Assembly: GCA_964517445.1 (NCBI GenBank) | Contig: CAZFCH010000001.1 | Span: 2,474 to 66,473 of the forward strand | Reading direction: 5' to 3' | Length of the DNA: 64,000 nt | From: an uncultured Oscillospiraceae bacterium | Lineage (GTDB): Bacteria; Bacillota; Clostridia; Oscillospirales; Oscillospiraceae | In this document: positions 56,028 to 64,000 of the stretch, piece after piece | Layout of the letters: the number at the start of each line of letters is the position of its first letter | Position numbering within the stretch: the first letter of the stretch is position 1 | The notes under the pieces: model-generated | The model's input: the letters and a program-made list of their open reading frames with translations, nothing else | The model's database searches: none | What the model was told of the DNA's origin: nothing | Program-made: the position numbers and the translations under genes

Positions 56028-57080
56028 TCAGTGTGCGAGGATTTCGTCGAGCAGTTCCTGATTGAACCAAGTCTCGTTTGCGTAGCGCTGATAGTATTCG
56101 GTGCCACCGAGAGCATCCTTGAAGGACTGGATATCGGGGTCAAAATCGAATTCTACGCCTGCATCCTGAAGAACCTGGGTTGCAGTCTCGTTGTCCTGTG
56201 CAATGGTATCGAAGCTGAACTTTGCAGCAACCTTTGCCTGCTCGCTCAGTATCTGCTGGACAGCGGGATCAAGCTTGCTCCAAGTAACGCTGTTGACGGC
56301 CATGGTGCAGCCCATCCACATATAGTTAATGTTGGAGAAGTACTTGATATCATCGTAGGTGGCATTTGCAACAAGGTGGTAGGTTGCGTTGTCCTGACCT
56401 TCGGCAGTGCCGTTGGAGAGAGCAAGTGCCAGTTCAGGCAGAGCAAGTGCGACAGGAGTTGCGCCGAGAGCTTCCCAAACATCAAGGTAGAGCTGGCTGG
56501 TAGGAACACGCAGCTTCAGGCCCTTGACGTCTTCAGCACTGTGGATAGGACGGTTGGTCGTGGAGATCTGACGCATGCCGTTGTCGCCCTCTGAGAGGTA
56601 GACAAGACCGAACTGCGGGAAGTTCTCGAATATCTTCTCACCGATCTCGCCGTTGACAACTTCATAGGCTTCCTCTGCGCTGTCGAACAGGAAGGGCAGG
56701 TCGAGGATCTTTGCCGGCTCATAGAAAGAAGTGAAGCCGGAAGTACCCGCGAAGATTATGTCGATGGTACCCATACGGGTGGACTCGATGGCCTCAGCGT
56801 CGTTGCCGAGCTCGTTGGAGTGATGGACATCAAGAGTGATAGCGCCGTCGGACGCTTCGCTGACAAGACGTGCATACTCAATTATGGTCTTGGTGGGAAC
56901 GGAGTTCTCGTTGCCGGGGGAATAAACAACCAGGGTAACCGGCTCGATACCGGTTTCGGCAGTTTCAGCCGCTTCCGCGGGAGCTTCGGTCTCTGTAGTT
57001 GCGGTAGTCGCAGACTGACCGCAGGCGCAGAGCGCGAACGCCATGCAAAGTGCAAGGATCATCGCTATGATTTTTTTCAT
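56028..57080 (-). CDS. dctP: TRAP transporter substrate-binding lipoprotein (DctP family)
   Basis: It has a lipoprotein signal MKKIIAMILALCMAFALCACG (ATG at 57080, GGAGGA upstream) and the DctP-family motif DNGMRQIST, which carries the conserved ligand-carboxylate-binding Arg. Confidence 0.9.
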   Translation of the reverse strand: MKKIIAMILALCMAFALCACGQSATTATTETEAPAEAAETAETGIEPVTLVVYSPGNENSVPTKTIIEYARLVSEASDGAITLDVHHSNELGNDAEAIESTRMGTIDIIFAGTSGFTSFYEPAKILDLPFLFDSAEEAYEVVNGEIGEKIFENFPQFGLVYLSEGDNGMRQISTTNRPIHSAEDVKGLKLRVPTSQLYLDVWEALGATPVALALPELALALSNGTAEGQDNATYHLVANATYDDIKYFSNINYMWMGCTMAVNSVTWSKLDPAVQQILSEQAKVAAKFSFDTIAQDNETATQVLQDAGVEFDFDPDIQSFKDALGGTEYYQRYANETWFNQELLDEILAH

Positions 57081-57103
57081 TTTCTTTTCCTCCTCGATTT
57101 TTA

Positions 57104-57152
57104 TTGTCACGTCAAATTGTATGACATCTGACACTTATTATATTCTTTGTCA
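57104..57152 (-). promoter_or_regulatory. Candidate GntR operator: four TGTCA/TGACA pentamers overlapping the dctP promoter
   Basis: On the plus strand the pentamers are TGTCA at 57106, TGACA at 57122, TGACA at 57129 and TGTCA at 57148. The first three lie between the -10 and the SD; the fourth lies in the spacer. Confidence 0.4.
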
Positions 57153-57164
57153 GATTAATTTCAA
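57137..57164 (-). promoter_or_regulatory. Promoter candidate of the TRAP operon (TTGAAA-16-TATAAT, minus strand)
   Basis: On the plus strand the sequences are ATTATA at 57137-57142 and TTTCAA at 57159-57164. Confidence 0.5.
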
Positions 57165-57174
57165 TTAGGAGTTT

Positions 57175-57224
57175 AAACAAAAAAGCAGCTCGCTTTTTGG
57201 CTGTTTTCACCATGCGAGCTGCTT
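57175..57224 (-). terminator. Terminator of the GntR gene
   Basis: On the minus strand, AAGCAGCTCGC - 20-nt loop - GCGAGCTGCTT is followed by TTTTGTTT. Confidence 0.6.
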
Positions 57225-57232
57225 GTGTATAG

Positions 57233-57937
57233 TCAGTTTTCAGTATATACCCTGATGTTGCTGGTCAGATCCTCCTCGACCATTTTCAGGTGCTCCCGCA
57301 TTTCTTTCTCGGCCGACTCTCCGTCGCGCCGAAGTATTGCATCAAGGATGCGTGTGTGCGGCACGACGGCATTGCGCACGTTTTGCGGCACAGTGAAGGT
57401 TTTGCTGCGGAATGTGTGCATTCCCTGACGCAGATGCAGGTTTATCTCGTTGAGCAATGGGTTGCCGCTCTCTTTGACAATCAGGCCGTGGAAGCTTTCG
57501 TCCAGCTCGGCAATGCGGGAGGAATCCCCGTTTTTAATCGCGTTAAGAAAATCCTCATGTATCTGCCGCAGCTCACGCATGGCCTCTTCGCTGCCGTTCT
57601 CGGCCATTTTCCGCGCCGCGAGTGGTTCGAGTGCGTTGCGGATCTCAATTGAATTGCGCAGCTCCTTCTCATTCTGGACGAGCCACACGACAGGATTTGC
57701 GTCTGCAGGCACATTCTCCGCGACAAACGCGCCCCTGCCGGGTTTTATTTCAACAAGCCCCCTGGCCTGAAGCAGACGCAGCGCCTCGCGCACAGTGCCT
57801 CGCCCTACCTGCAAGGTCTGGCAGAACTCGTACTCTGTCGGCAGCTTCATTCCGGCAGTATATTTTTTGCTCTCGATCAGCTCCCGGATGCGTTCCTCCA
57901 CCTGACTGACGATCGGCACTCTCGCAATTGGTTCCAT
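57233..57937 (-). CDS. GntR-family transcriptional regulator, FadR/FCD subfamily
   Basis: 234 aa with an N-terminal winged HTH (KLPTEYEFCQTLQVGRGTVREALRLLQARGLVEIKPGRGAFV) and a C-terminal all-helical FCD-like domain. Confidence 0.9.
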   Translation of the reverse strand: MEPIARVPIVSQVEERIRELIESKKYTAGMKLPTEYEFCQTLQVGRGTVREALRLLQARGLVEIKPGRGAFVAENVPADANPVVWLVQNEKELRNSIEIRNALEPLAARKMAENGSEEAMRELRQIHEDFLNAIKNGDSSRIAELDESFHGLIVKESGNPLLNEINLHLRQGMHTFRSKTFTVPQNVRNAVVPHTRILDAILRRDGESAEKEMREHLKMVEEDLTSNIRVYTEN

Positions 57938-58015
57938 ACTTTTCCTCCGTACTTCTGTTTCTCACTATTATAACCATGCTTGCCCGTTTGTCAAACAATT
58001 TTGTTTTTTGCCATA

Positions 58016-58043
58016 CAAAAAGCCCCCGGATTACACCGGGGGC
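58016..58043 (-). terminator. Rho-independent terminator after asnS
   Basis: On the minus strand, GCCCCCGG - loop - CCGGGGGC is followed by TTTTTGT. Confidence 0.75.
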
Positions 58044-58063
58044 GAGATATGCTATGTGATTTT

Positions 58064-59458
58064 TCAGAAGTCGGCGTTGCCGGTCGTACGGGGGTGGAGC
58101 TCCACATCGCGGATGTTGCTCACGCCGGTGAGGTACATGACCATGCGTTCAAAGCCAAGGCCGTAGCCCGCGTGACGGCAGCTGCCGTAACGGCGCAGGT
58201 CGAGGTACCACCAATAATCCTCTTTCTTAAGTCCCAGCTCATCCATGCGCTTTTCGAGCATATCGAGACGCTCCTCGCGCTGGCTGCCGCCGATGATTTC
58301 GCCGATGCCGGGAACAAGGCAGTCCGCCGCCGCGACGGTCTTGCCGTCGTCGTTCATACGCATATAGAAGGCCTTGATGTCCTTGGGGTAATCGGTGACA
58401 AAGATGGGCTTTTTGAACACTTCCTCAGTCAGGTAGCGCTCATGCTCGGTCTGAAGATCGATGCCCCATTCGACGGGGTACTCAAACTTCTTGCCGCTTT
58501 TCTTGAGTATCTCGACTGCTTCGGTATAGCTCACGCGGCCGAAGTCGTTGCTGACAACATTGTGCAGTCTCTCCAGCAGGCCCTTGTCGACGAAGGAGTT
58601 GAAGAACTCCATCTCCTGCGGGCAGCGCTCCATTGTGCGGTTGATGATATACTTGACCATCGCCTCGGCGGTGTCCATGTAATCGTTGAGGTCGGCAAAG
58701 GCCATCTCCGGCTCGATCATCCAGAACTCAGCGGCGTGACGCTGGGTATAGGAGACCTCGGCACGGAAGGTGGGGCCGAAGGTGTAGACATCACCGAATG
58801 CCATGGCAAAGTTCTCGGCGTTGAGCTGACCGGAGACCGTCAGGCTCGTCGGCTTGCCGAAGAAGTCCTTGCTGTCGTCAACGGTGCCGTCCTCTTTGAG
58901 AGGGAGATTATTGAGATCGAGCGTGGTGACGCGGAACATCTCGCCTGCACCCTCGCAGTCGGAGCCGGTGATGATGGGGGTGTTGACATACACGAAGCCG
59001 CGCTGCTGGAAGAACTCATGCACCGACTGTGCCGCGACGCTGCGGACACGGAATGTAGCGGAGAAGAGATTGGTGCGCGGTCTGAGGTGCTGGATTGTGC
59101 GCAGAAACTCAACGCTGTGGCGTTTCTTCTGGAGGGGGTAGTCCGGCGTGGACGTGCCCTCGACGGTAATCTCGTCGGCCTTCAGCTCAAAGGGCTGCTT
59201 TGCCTCCGGGGTGAGAACAAGCGTGCCGTGGACAATAAGGGCGGCGCCTACGTTCTGCTTTGCGATCTCTTCGTAATTATTCAGTGAGCTCCTCTCAAAT
59301 ACGACTTGCAGCGACTTGAAGCAGCTGCCGTCATTAAGCTCGATAAACCCGAAGTTTTTCATGTCGCGGACGGTTCTGACCCAGCCGCAGACTGTCATGC
59401 TCTGGCCGCCAAGGGCCTGGGCATCGGCAAAGATGCCGGAAATTTTCTGACGTTTCAT
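58064..59458 (-). CDS. asnS: Asparagine--tRNA ligase
   Basis: 464 aa with an N-terminal OB fold ([23 protein letters not shown]) and class II motifs (FRAE, GLGFERM). Confidence 0.96.
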   Translation of the reverse strand: MKRQKISGIFADAQALGGQSMTVCGWVRTVRDMKNFGFIELNDGSCFKSLQVVFERSSLNNYEEIAKQNVGAALIVHGTLVLTPEAKQPFELKADEITVEGTSTPDYPLQKKRHSVEFLRTIQHLRPRTNLFSATFRVRSVAAQSVHEFFQQRGFVYVNTPIITGSDCEGAGEMFRVTTLDLNNLPLKEDGTVDDSKDFFGKPTSLTVSGQLNAENFAMAFGDVYTFGPTFRAEVSYTQRHAAEFWMIEPEMAFADLNDYMDTAEAMVKYIINRTMERCPQEMEFFNSFVDKGLLERLHNVVSNDFGRVSYTEAVEILKKSGKKFEYPVEWGIDLQTEHERYLTEEVFKKPIFVTDYPKDIKAFYMRMNDDGKTVAAADCLVPGIGEIIGGSQREERLDMLEKRMDELGLKKEDYWWYLDLRRYGSCRHAGYGLGFERMVMYLTGVSNIRDVELHPRTTGNADF

Positions 59459-59499
59459 TTGGCGCTCTTCCTTTCTTTGTGCCTGTGGGCACGCATATT

Positions 59500-59539
59500 T
59501 TTAAAAGCAGCACTGGTTTTTTCAAAAAACCGGCGCTGC
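59500..59539 (-). terminator. Terminator after the lipid kinase gene
   Basis: On the minus strand, GCAGCGCCGGTTTTTT / AAAAAACCAGTGCTGC (one mismatch, one wobble) is followed by TTTTAAAAA. Confidence 0.55.
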
Positions 59540-59595
59540 ATTATTATATATATTATGGTCGGATATTGCAAGTTTTAATTGCGTTTTCCGGAAAA

Positions 59596-60486
59596 TCAGA
59601 AGATCATCTGCACCGGGCACTTGTAGTTTTTCAGCAGGATATCCTGATATTCGCCGCCGTCCTCGCCGTCGCGCGTCCATGACACCGGCTTGTCGAAAAC
59701 AAACCTCGCCTGCTTTGTGTGGAGAATGAAGAGATTTTCGCTGTCGAAGCGCTGAGACAGCACGCTCTCGACGATCTCACCAAAGCCCGCGACACTGCCG
59801 GGGTTCTTCACCAGCACCAGTTCGCTCATCCCGTCACCGAGGCAGACCATCTCGCTCGGCAGACGGACGATGCCCGCGACCGATGTGGAGTTTGACATGC
59901 TGCCGTAGAGGAGATCCGCCTCCACGACTCCGCCGTCATACTCGATGCGAGTCTTATAGCTCTCTATCTTCCCGAGCTGCTGCGCTCCCTGAAGCACATA
60001 GGCCAGGTGACCAAGCCGCTTTTTCTGATCCTGCGGAGTGGCATAGCTCACTTCGGTGAACGCGCCGAAAGCCGCGATATAGGCAAAGTATTTATCATCC
60101 CCGAAGCCGCCAACGTCAAAGGGATGCGCCGTGCCGTGGACTATTCTGCGCGCCGCGCCCACCGTGTCGTTCTTCGGCAGGCCGAGAGTCGTTGCGACAT
60201 CGTTCGCAGTGCCCATGGGCATATACCCGACAGGCGGCGGAGAATCAATCTGCATGAGTCCGGCGAGCACTTCGCTTAGGGTACCGTCCCCACCGACGCA
60301 GGCGACTGTGTCGAAGTTTGCAGCATAGCGTGCGGCAAACTCCGTTGCGTCTCCTCTGCCTGAGGTGAAAAACAGCGTCGTCCTGTACCCGCCGAGGTCG
60401 AGCGTATGCAGCGCTTCGGCGAAATTTGCCTTATACCCGCCGCGTCCCGCCGCAGGGTTTACTATGAGCATCAGCTTCTTTTCCAT
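59596..60486 (-). CDS. Diacylglycerol/lipid kinase (YegS/BmrU/DagK family)
   Basis: 296 aa with LIVNPAAGRG and ACVGGDGTLSEV motifs. Confidence 0.88.
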   Translation of the reverse strand: MEKKLMLIVNPAAGRGGYKANFAEALHTLDLGGYRTTLFFTSGRGDATEFAARYAANFDTVACVGGDGTLSEVLAGLMQIDSPPPVGYMPMGTANDVATTLGLPKNDTVGAARRIVHGTAHPFDVGGFGDDKYFAYIAAFGAFTEVSYATPQDQKKRLGHLAYVLQGAQQLGKIESYKTRIEYDGGVVEADLLYGSMSNSTSVAGIVRLPSEMVCLGDGMSELVLVKNPGSVAGFGEIVESVLSQRFDSENLFILHTKQARFVFDKPVSWTRDGEDGGEYQDILLKNYKCPVQMIF

Positions 60487-60660
60487 GTTTCTCCTTTGCG
60501 CTATGTCATCGAATGTCCTTTTTTATTATACCAAAAAGCATCACGGTTTTACAAGACTCATAACAGCGTATGTCTGCATAGTCATAATAATCTTTTTTCT
60601 TGACATCGGTATATTTCTCATTGTATTCTATCAAATGTAAAATGCGATTAGGAGGATACA

Positions 60661-61029
60661 ATGAAAAGAACAAGCTTCGTATCAACATCGGAGAATGCGG
60701 TTTTTAAAGGGAACCTTTATGCGTCGTCTGCGCTGGGTCTCCTTTCTGTCTTAGGTGCAATAAACACCTCTTACAGCAAAGCTTCGTTCAACAGCGCCAA
60801 GTGGAAAGGTCTGCTCGTCGGCCTTATTCCCCACGTTGCGGTTCTGCTTCTGTACTTCTTCGTCATAGGCAGAGTGCTTTATTGGCTCAGAATCGTTTAT
60901 TTGTTAGTGTACCTTCCTAATTGGCTGAACATTGCCGTACAATACGTGCTTTGCTGTGGCATTGTACATTTTGTTATAAAAGCGCTGCTGAAAAAAGGAA
61001 TAATCAAGCTTCCGCAGGAGACTCACTAA
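60661..61029 (+). CDS. Hypothetical small membrane protein (3 predicted TM helices), compositionally atypical
   Basis: 122 aa with a strong SD (AGGAGG 6 nt upstream) and its own terminator. GC content is visibly lower than in neighbouring genes. No family was recognised. Confidence 0.55.
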   Translation: MKRTSFVSTSENAVFKGNLYASSALGLLSVLGAINTSYSKASFNSAKWKGLLVGLIPHVAVLLLYFFVIGRVLYWLRIVYLLVYLPNWLNIAVQYVLCCGIVHFVIKALLKKGIIKLPQETH

Positions 61030-61064
61030 GCGCGTTCTGCTTATTGTTTCTCTCGCATAATAGG

Positions 61065-61108
61065 AAAACAGACGAACCTCCCTGCTGCGGAGGTTCGTCT
61101 GTTTTTAT
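61065..61108. terminator. Bidirectional terminator (orphan gene / convergent UPF0210 operon)
   Basis: A 15-bp stem, AACAGACGAACCTCC / GGAGGTTCGTCTGTT, flanked by an A-run and a T-run. Confidence 0.85.
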
Positions 61109-61148
61109 GTAGGATCCGGTTCATAAGTTTTCTCCAGAAAGCCCCGGC

Positions 61149-62504
61149 TCAGTTTTTCAGGCTGTGCAGCGGAGCGGGGATGCGCCCGCCGCGGGCGATG
61201 AACTCAGCGGCACTGCCGTCATGCAGCGGCATTATCGGCGCCGAGCCGAGAAGCCCGCCGAAATCCACCGTGTCGCCGACTGTCTTGCCCTTTGCCGGGA
61301 TGATGCGCACGGCGGTGGTCTTGTTGTTCACCATGCCGATAGCGGCCTCATCGGCAATGATGGCGGAGATGGTATCAGCGCTCGTGTCGCCGGGAACAGC
61401 AATCATATCGAGCCCGACCGAGCAGACGCAGGTCATTGCTTCGAGCTTATCGATGCAGAGCATACCGTCCTCCACGGCGGAGATCATACCCGCATCCTCA
61501 GACACGGGGATAAACGCGCCGGACAGGCCGCCGACATGGCTGGACGCCATGACGCCGCCTTTTTTGACCGCGTCATTGAGAAGCGCAAGAGCGGCAGTCG
61601 TGCCGTGCGTGCCGCACTTTTCAAGCCCCATTATCTCCAGTATCTCCGCAACGCTGTCGCCGATTGCGGGAGTGGGGGCAAGAGAGAGATCGACCACGCC
61701 GAAAGGTACTCCAAGGCGGCGTGAAGCCTCCTGCGCAACAAGCTCGCCCATGCGCGTTATCTTGAAGGCGGTCTTTTTTATCGTTTCCGCCACAACATCG
61801 AAGCTCTCACCCTTGCACTGCTTGAGCGCATGGGCGACAACGCCTGGGCCGGACACGCCGACATTTATGACCGTCTCCGGTTCGCCGACGCCGTGGAATG
61901 CGCCCGCCATAAAGGGGTTATCCTCAACAGCGTTCGAGAACACGACGAGCTTTGCGCAGCCCATCGGGTCGATGTCCGCAGTCTGCTTTATTATCTTGCC
62001 CATAAGCGCGACAGCATCCATGTTTATACCCGCTCTCGTCGAGGCAAGGTTCACGCTTGAGCAAACAAGCTCCGTCTGCGTGAGCGCGTCGGGAATAGAA
62101 TTAATAAGGCGCAGGTCGCTCTTCGTAAAGCCCTTGTGCGCAAGCGCCGAGAAGCCGCCGATGAAGTTTACACCCGTCTCATGCGCGGCACGGTCGAGCG
62201 TCAGCGCAACAGGGGTATAGTCCTCCTCCCGGCACGCCGCGGCGACGAGAGATATCGGGCTTACCGAAATGCGCTTGTTGACGATAGGTATGCCAAGCTC
62301 CTGCTCGATGGCGCAGCCGGTCTCGACAAGCTTTCCTGCGCAGCGGCATATCTTATCGTATATCTTCCGGCAGCACTCGTCCATGTTCTCGTTCGCGCAG
62401 TCAAGAAGGCTTATGCCCATGGTGATTGTACGCACATCGAGGTGCTGCTGGTTTATCATGTCTATTGTCTGCAGAATTTCACTGCTGTTTAAGAGATAGC
62501 TCAT
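61149..62504 (-). CDS. UPF0210 (DUF711, PFL-like fold) family protein
   Basis: 451 aa. The N-terminal [14 protein letters not shown] is typical of the UPF0210 family, and the gene is paired with an upstream ACT protein. Confidence 0.85.
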   Translation of the reverse strand: MSYLLNSSEILQTIDMINQQHLDVRTITMGISLLDCANENMDECCRKIYDKICRCAGKLVETGCAIEQELGIPIVNKRISVSPISLVAAACREEDYTPVALTLDRAAHETGVNFIGGFSALAHKGFTKSDLRLINSIPDALTQTELVCSSVNLASTRAGINMDAVALMGKIIKQTADIDPMGCAKLVVFSNAVEDNPFMAGAFHGVGEPETVINVGVSGPGVVAHALKQCKGESFDVVAETIKKTAFKITRMGELVAQEASRRLGVPFGVVDLSLAPTPAIGDSVAEILEIMGLEKCGTHGTTAALALLNDAVKKGGVMASSHVGGLSGAFIPVSEDAGMISAVEDGMLCIDKLEAMTCVCSVGLDMIAVPGDTSADTISAIIADEAAIGMVNNKTTAVRIIPAKGKTVGDTVDFGGLLGSAPIMPLHDGSAAEFIARGGRIPAPLHSLKN

Positions 62505-62512
62505 GGGGCACC

Positions 62513-62782
62513 TCAGATCCTGTGCATGGCTTCGAAGATGTCCTGCCGCTGGATGTGGATATCAAGCGTGCGCTCTTCGCCCTTCTCCTTGAGAAAACGA
62601 CTCAGCTCATCAAAGGGCATGGTGCAGTCGGTAAGGTCGACGAGCATTATCATTGCAAAATACTCCTGCATCAGGGTCTGGCTGATGTCAAGTATGTTTA
62701 TTTCCTTCTGGGCAAGCAGCGATGTAACATACGCGGTTATGCCCTTGCTGTCCTTCGCGAATACGCTGACTATTGCTTTCAT
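62513..62782 (-). CDS. ACT-domain protein (UPF0237 family)
   Basis: 89 aa starting [36 protein letters not shown]. It ends 8 nt upstream of the UPF0210 gene. Confidence 0.85.
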   Translation of the reverse strand: MKAIVSVFAKDSKGITAYVTSLLAQKEINILDISQTLMQEYFAMIMLVDLTDCTMPFDELSRFLKEKGEERTLDIHIQRQDIFEAMHRI

Positions 62783-62808
62783 TCTCTTCTCTCCCTGTAA
62801 GTTTTATA

Positions 62809-63444
62809 TTAACCCGAATAGTGCTGGCACAGGTGCCTGACGCAGCATCTTTCGCACTCCGGCCTTCTTGCGATGCACACTGCCCTGCCGTGCAGAACTA
62901 TGCAGTGGCAGAAGTCCGAGGAGTGCTCGGGCGGCAGTATCTTCCTCAGCTCCATCTCTATCTTCACCGGATCCTTGAGGTTATCCACAAGGCCGAGAAG
63001 ATTTGAAATGCGGATACAGTGCGTGTCCACAACCGTGGAGCCGGGGATCTTGAACACATCACCGAGGATGAGGTTCGCGGTCTTGCGCCCGACACCGGGC
63101 AGAGCCGTCAGCTCCTCCATCGTGCGCGGCAGTTCTCCGCCGTATTTCTCCAGCAGCACATTCGCGCACGCGACGATATCGCGCGCCTTGGAATGATAGA
63201 AGCCGCAGGAGCGCACATATTCCTCCACCTCCGCCACATTCGCCTCGGCAAAGGCCTCGAGCGTCGGGAAGCGTTCGAACAGCGCCGGAGTTATTTTGTT
63301 CACGCGCTCATCGGTGCACTGCGCCGCAAGACGCACTGAAAACAGCAGCTCATATGCTTTGTTCCAATCGAGTGTGCAGTCCGCCAGAGGGTACTCCTCC
63401 ATCAGCAGGCGCACTATCTCGTTTACCTGTTCCTGTGTTCTCAC
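62809..63444 (-). CDS. nth: Endonuclease III (DNA-(apurinic or apyrimidinic site) lyase)
   Basis: It has HhH-GPD (LTALPGVGRKTANLILG...VVDTHCIR) and a C-terminal [4Fe-4S] loop, CIARRPECERCCVRHLC. The start is uncertain. The GTG at 63444 forms a GTGA overlap with the upstream stop; the ORF-track GTG at 63471 is the alternative. Confidence 0.9.
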   Translation of the reverse strand: MRTQEQVNEIVRLLMEEYPLADCTLDWNKAYELLFSVRLAAQCTDERVNKITPALFERFPTLEAFAEANVAEVEEYVRSCGFYHSKARDIVACANVLLEKYGGELPRTMEELTALPGVGRKTANLILGDVFKIPGSTVVDTHCIRISNLLGLVDNLKDPVKIEMELRKILPPEHSSDFCHCIVLHGRAVCIARRPECERCCVRHLCQHYSG

Positions 63445-64000
63445 CGGCTGAGCTCTATCGTGCCGCCGCACTCGATGACCGGCAGCTCCACCTTGCTGTA
63501 TGTGCCGCCGAACTGATACTGCGCCGTGAGGGGGAAGCTTGCGCTGCTGCCGGCAGGCAGAGACAGTGTGTGTACCGTGGAGGCAAGCAGAGTCTCAAGC
63601 TTCGAGTTGTTCTCCCACTTTATCGCCGGGGAGTTCGCCGAAGCATACTGATCTCCGACACTGACATTGACGGCGTTATAAAGCTCACGCACCTCTATCT
63701 GATAAGAGACGAGATAGACGTTCACCGTGACCTTGATGTTCTCCTCGTCAAGCACTGTCGCCGTCCAGTCTGCGCGGAGGTTCAGCGGTGTGCCGGTATC
63801 GGAGGTGAAGCTGCCTGAGCCGATGACCTCACCCTGTGGGATGACAGGCTGGGCAGGCTCAGGAGTCGCGGTGGGAACCGGGGTTGGCGCCTGTGTCGGC
63901 ACCGGGGTTGCGGGGACAGGCGTCGCGGTCGGCGCGGTGGAGGGTGCTATTGCCGGGGTCGGCTGGGCAGACTCTGTTGCAGACGGTGTCTCAAGGCTCG
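63441..64000 (-). CDS. Hypothetical protein, C-terminal part: Pro/Thr/Ala-rich linker followed by a beta-rich ~125-aa domain; the CDS runs off the right edge
   Basis: The frame stays open through 64000. My translation upstream of the ORF-track GTG reads ...TPSATESAQPTPAIAPSTAPTATPVPATPV-PTQAPTPVPTATPEPAQPV... No family was recognised. Confidence 0.6.
   Translation of the reverse strand, partial: SLETPSATESAQPTPAIAPSTAPTATPVPATPVPTQAPTPVPTATPEPAQPVIPQGEVIGSGSFTSDTGTPLNLRADWTATVLDEENIKVTVNVYLVSYQIEVRELYNAVNVSVGDQYASANSPAIKWENNSKLETLLASTVHTLSLPAGSSASFPLTAQYQFGGTYSKVELPVIECGGTIELSR

Overview
This is a 64-kb chromosomal segment from a high-GC Firmicute. WhiA-RapZ-HprK, SepF-DivIVA, a V-type ATPase, an [FeFe]-hydrogenase and a split transketolase suggest a Clostridia/Oscillospiraceae-type anaerobe; this is inference only. 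I support about 60 protein genes. I found no rRNA, tRNA, CRISPR array, transposase, integrase or phage genes. Most of the window is conserved housekeeping: hprK-murB-rapZ-whiA-dnaE; rpmB and rpsT; trpS and gltX (divergent); a nine-gene V-type ATPase operon; the sepF-divIVA-ileS-lspA-rluD tail of the division cluster; mutL-miaA divergent from miaB-mutS-CPBP-trmO; rsmE, ispE, asnS and nth. The accessory or poorly understood content is: (1) a self-contained GntR-regulated operon of TRAP transporter, split transketolase and a long RpiB-like isomerase, with no kinase; (2) LspA with an intact catalytic core fused to a roughly 200-aa disordered tail that ends in a short acidic/hydrophobic peptide; (3) a lipoprotein-anchored barnase homologue with no adjacent barstar; (4) an Ig-repeat surface protein followed by an unknown polytopic membrane protein, with a GT39 glycosyltransferase nearby; (5) a stand-alone [FeFe]-hydrogenase; (6) a low-GC orphan membrane gene; and (7) the UPF0210/ACT pair. 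Many start codons in the ORF track were moved to internal ATG/GTG codons with a proper Shine-Dalgarno spacing. All protein calls rest on motifs I recognise by eye, and none has been confirmed by a database search.
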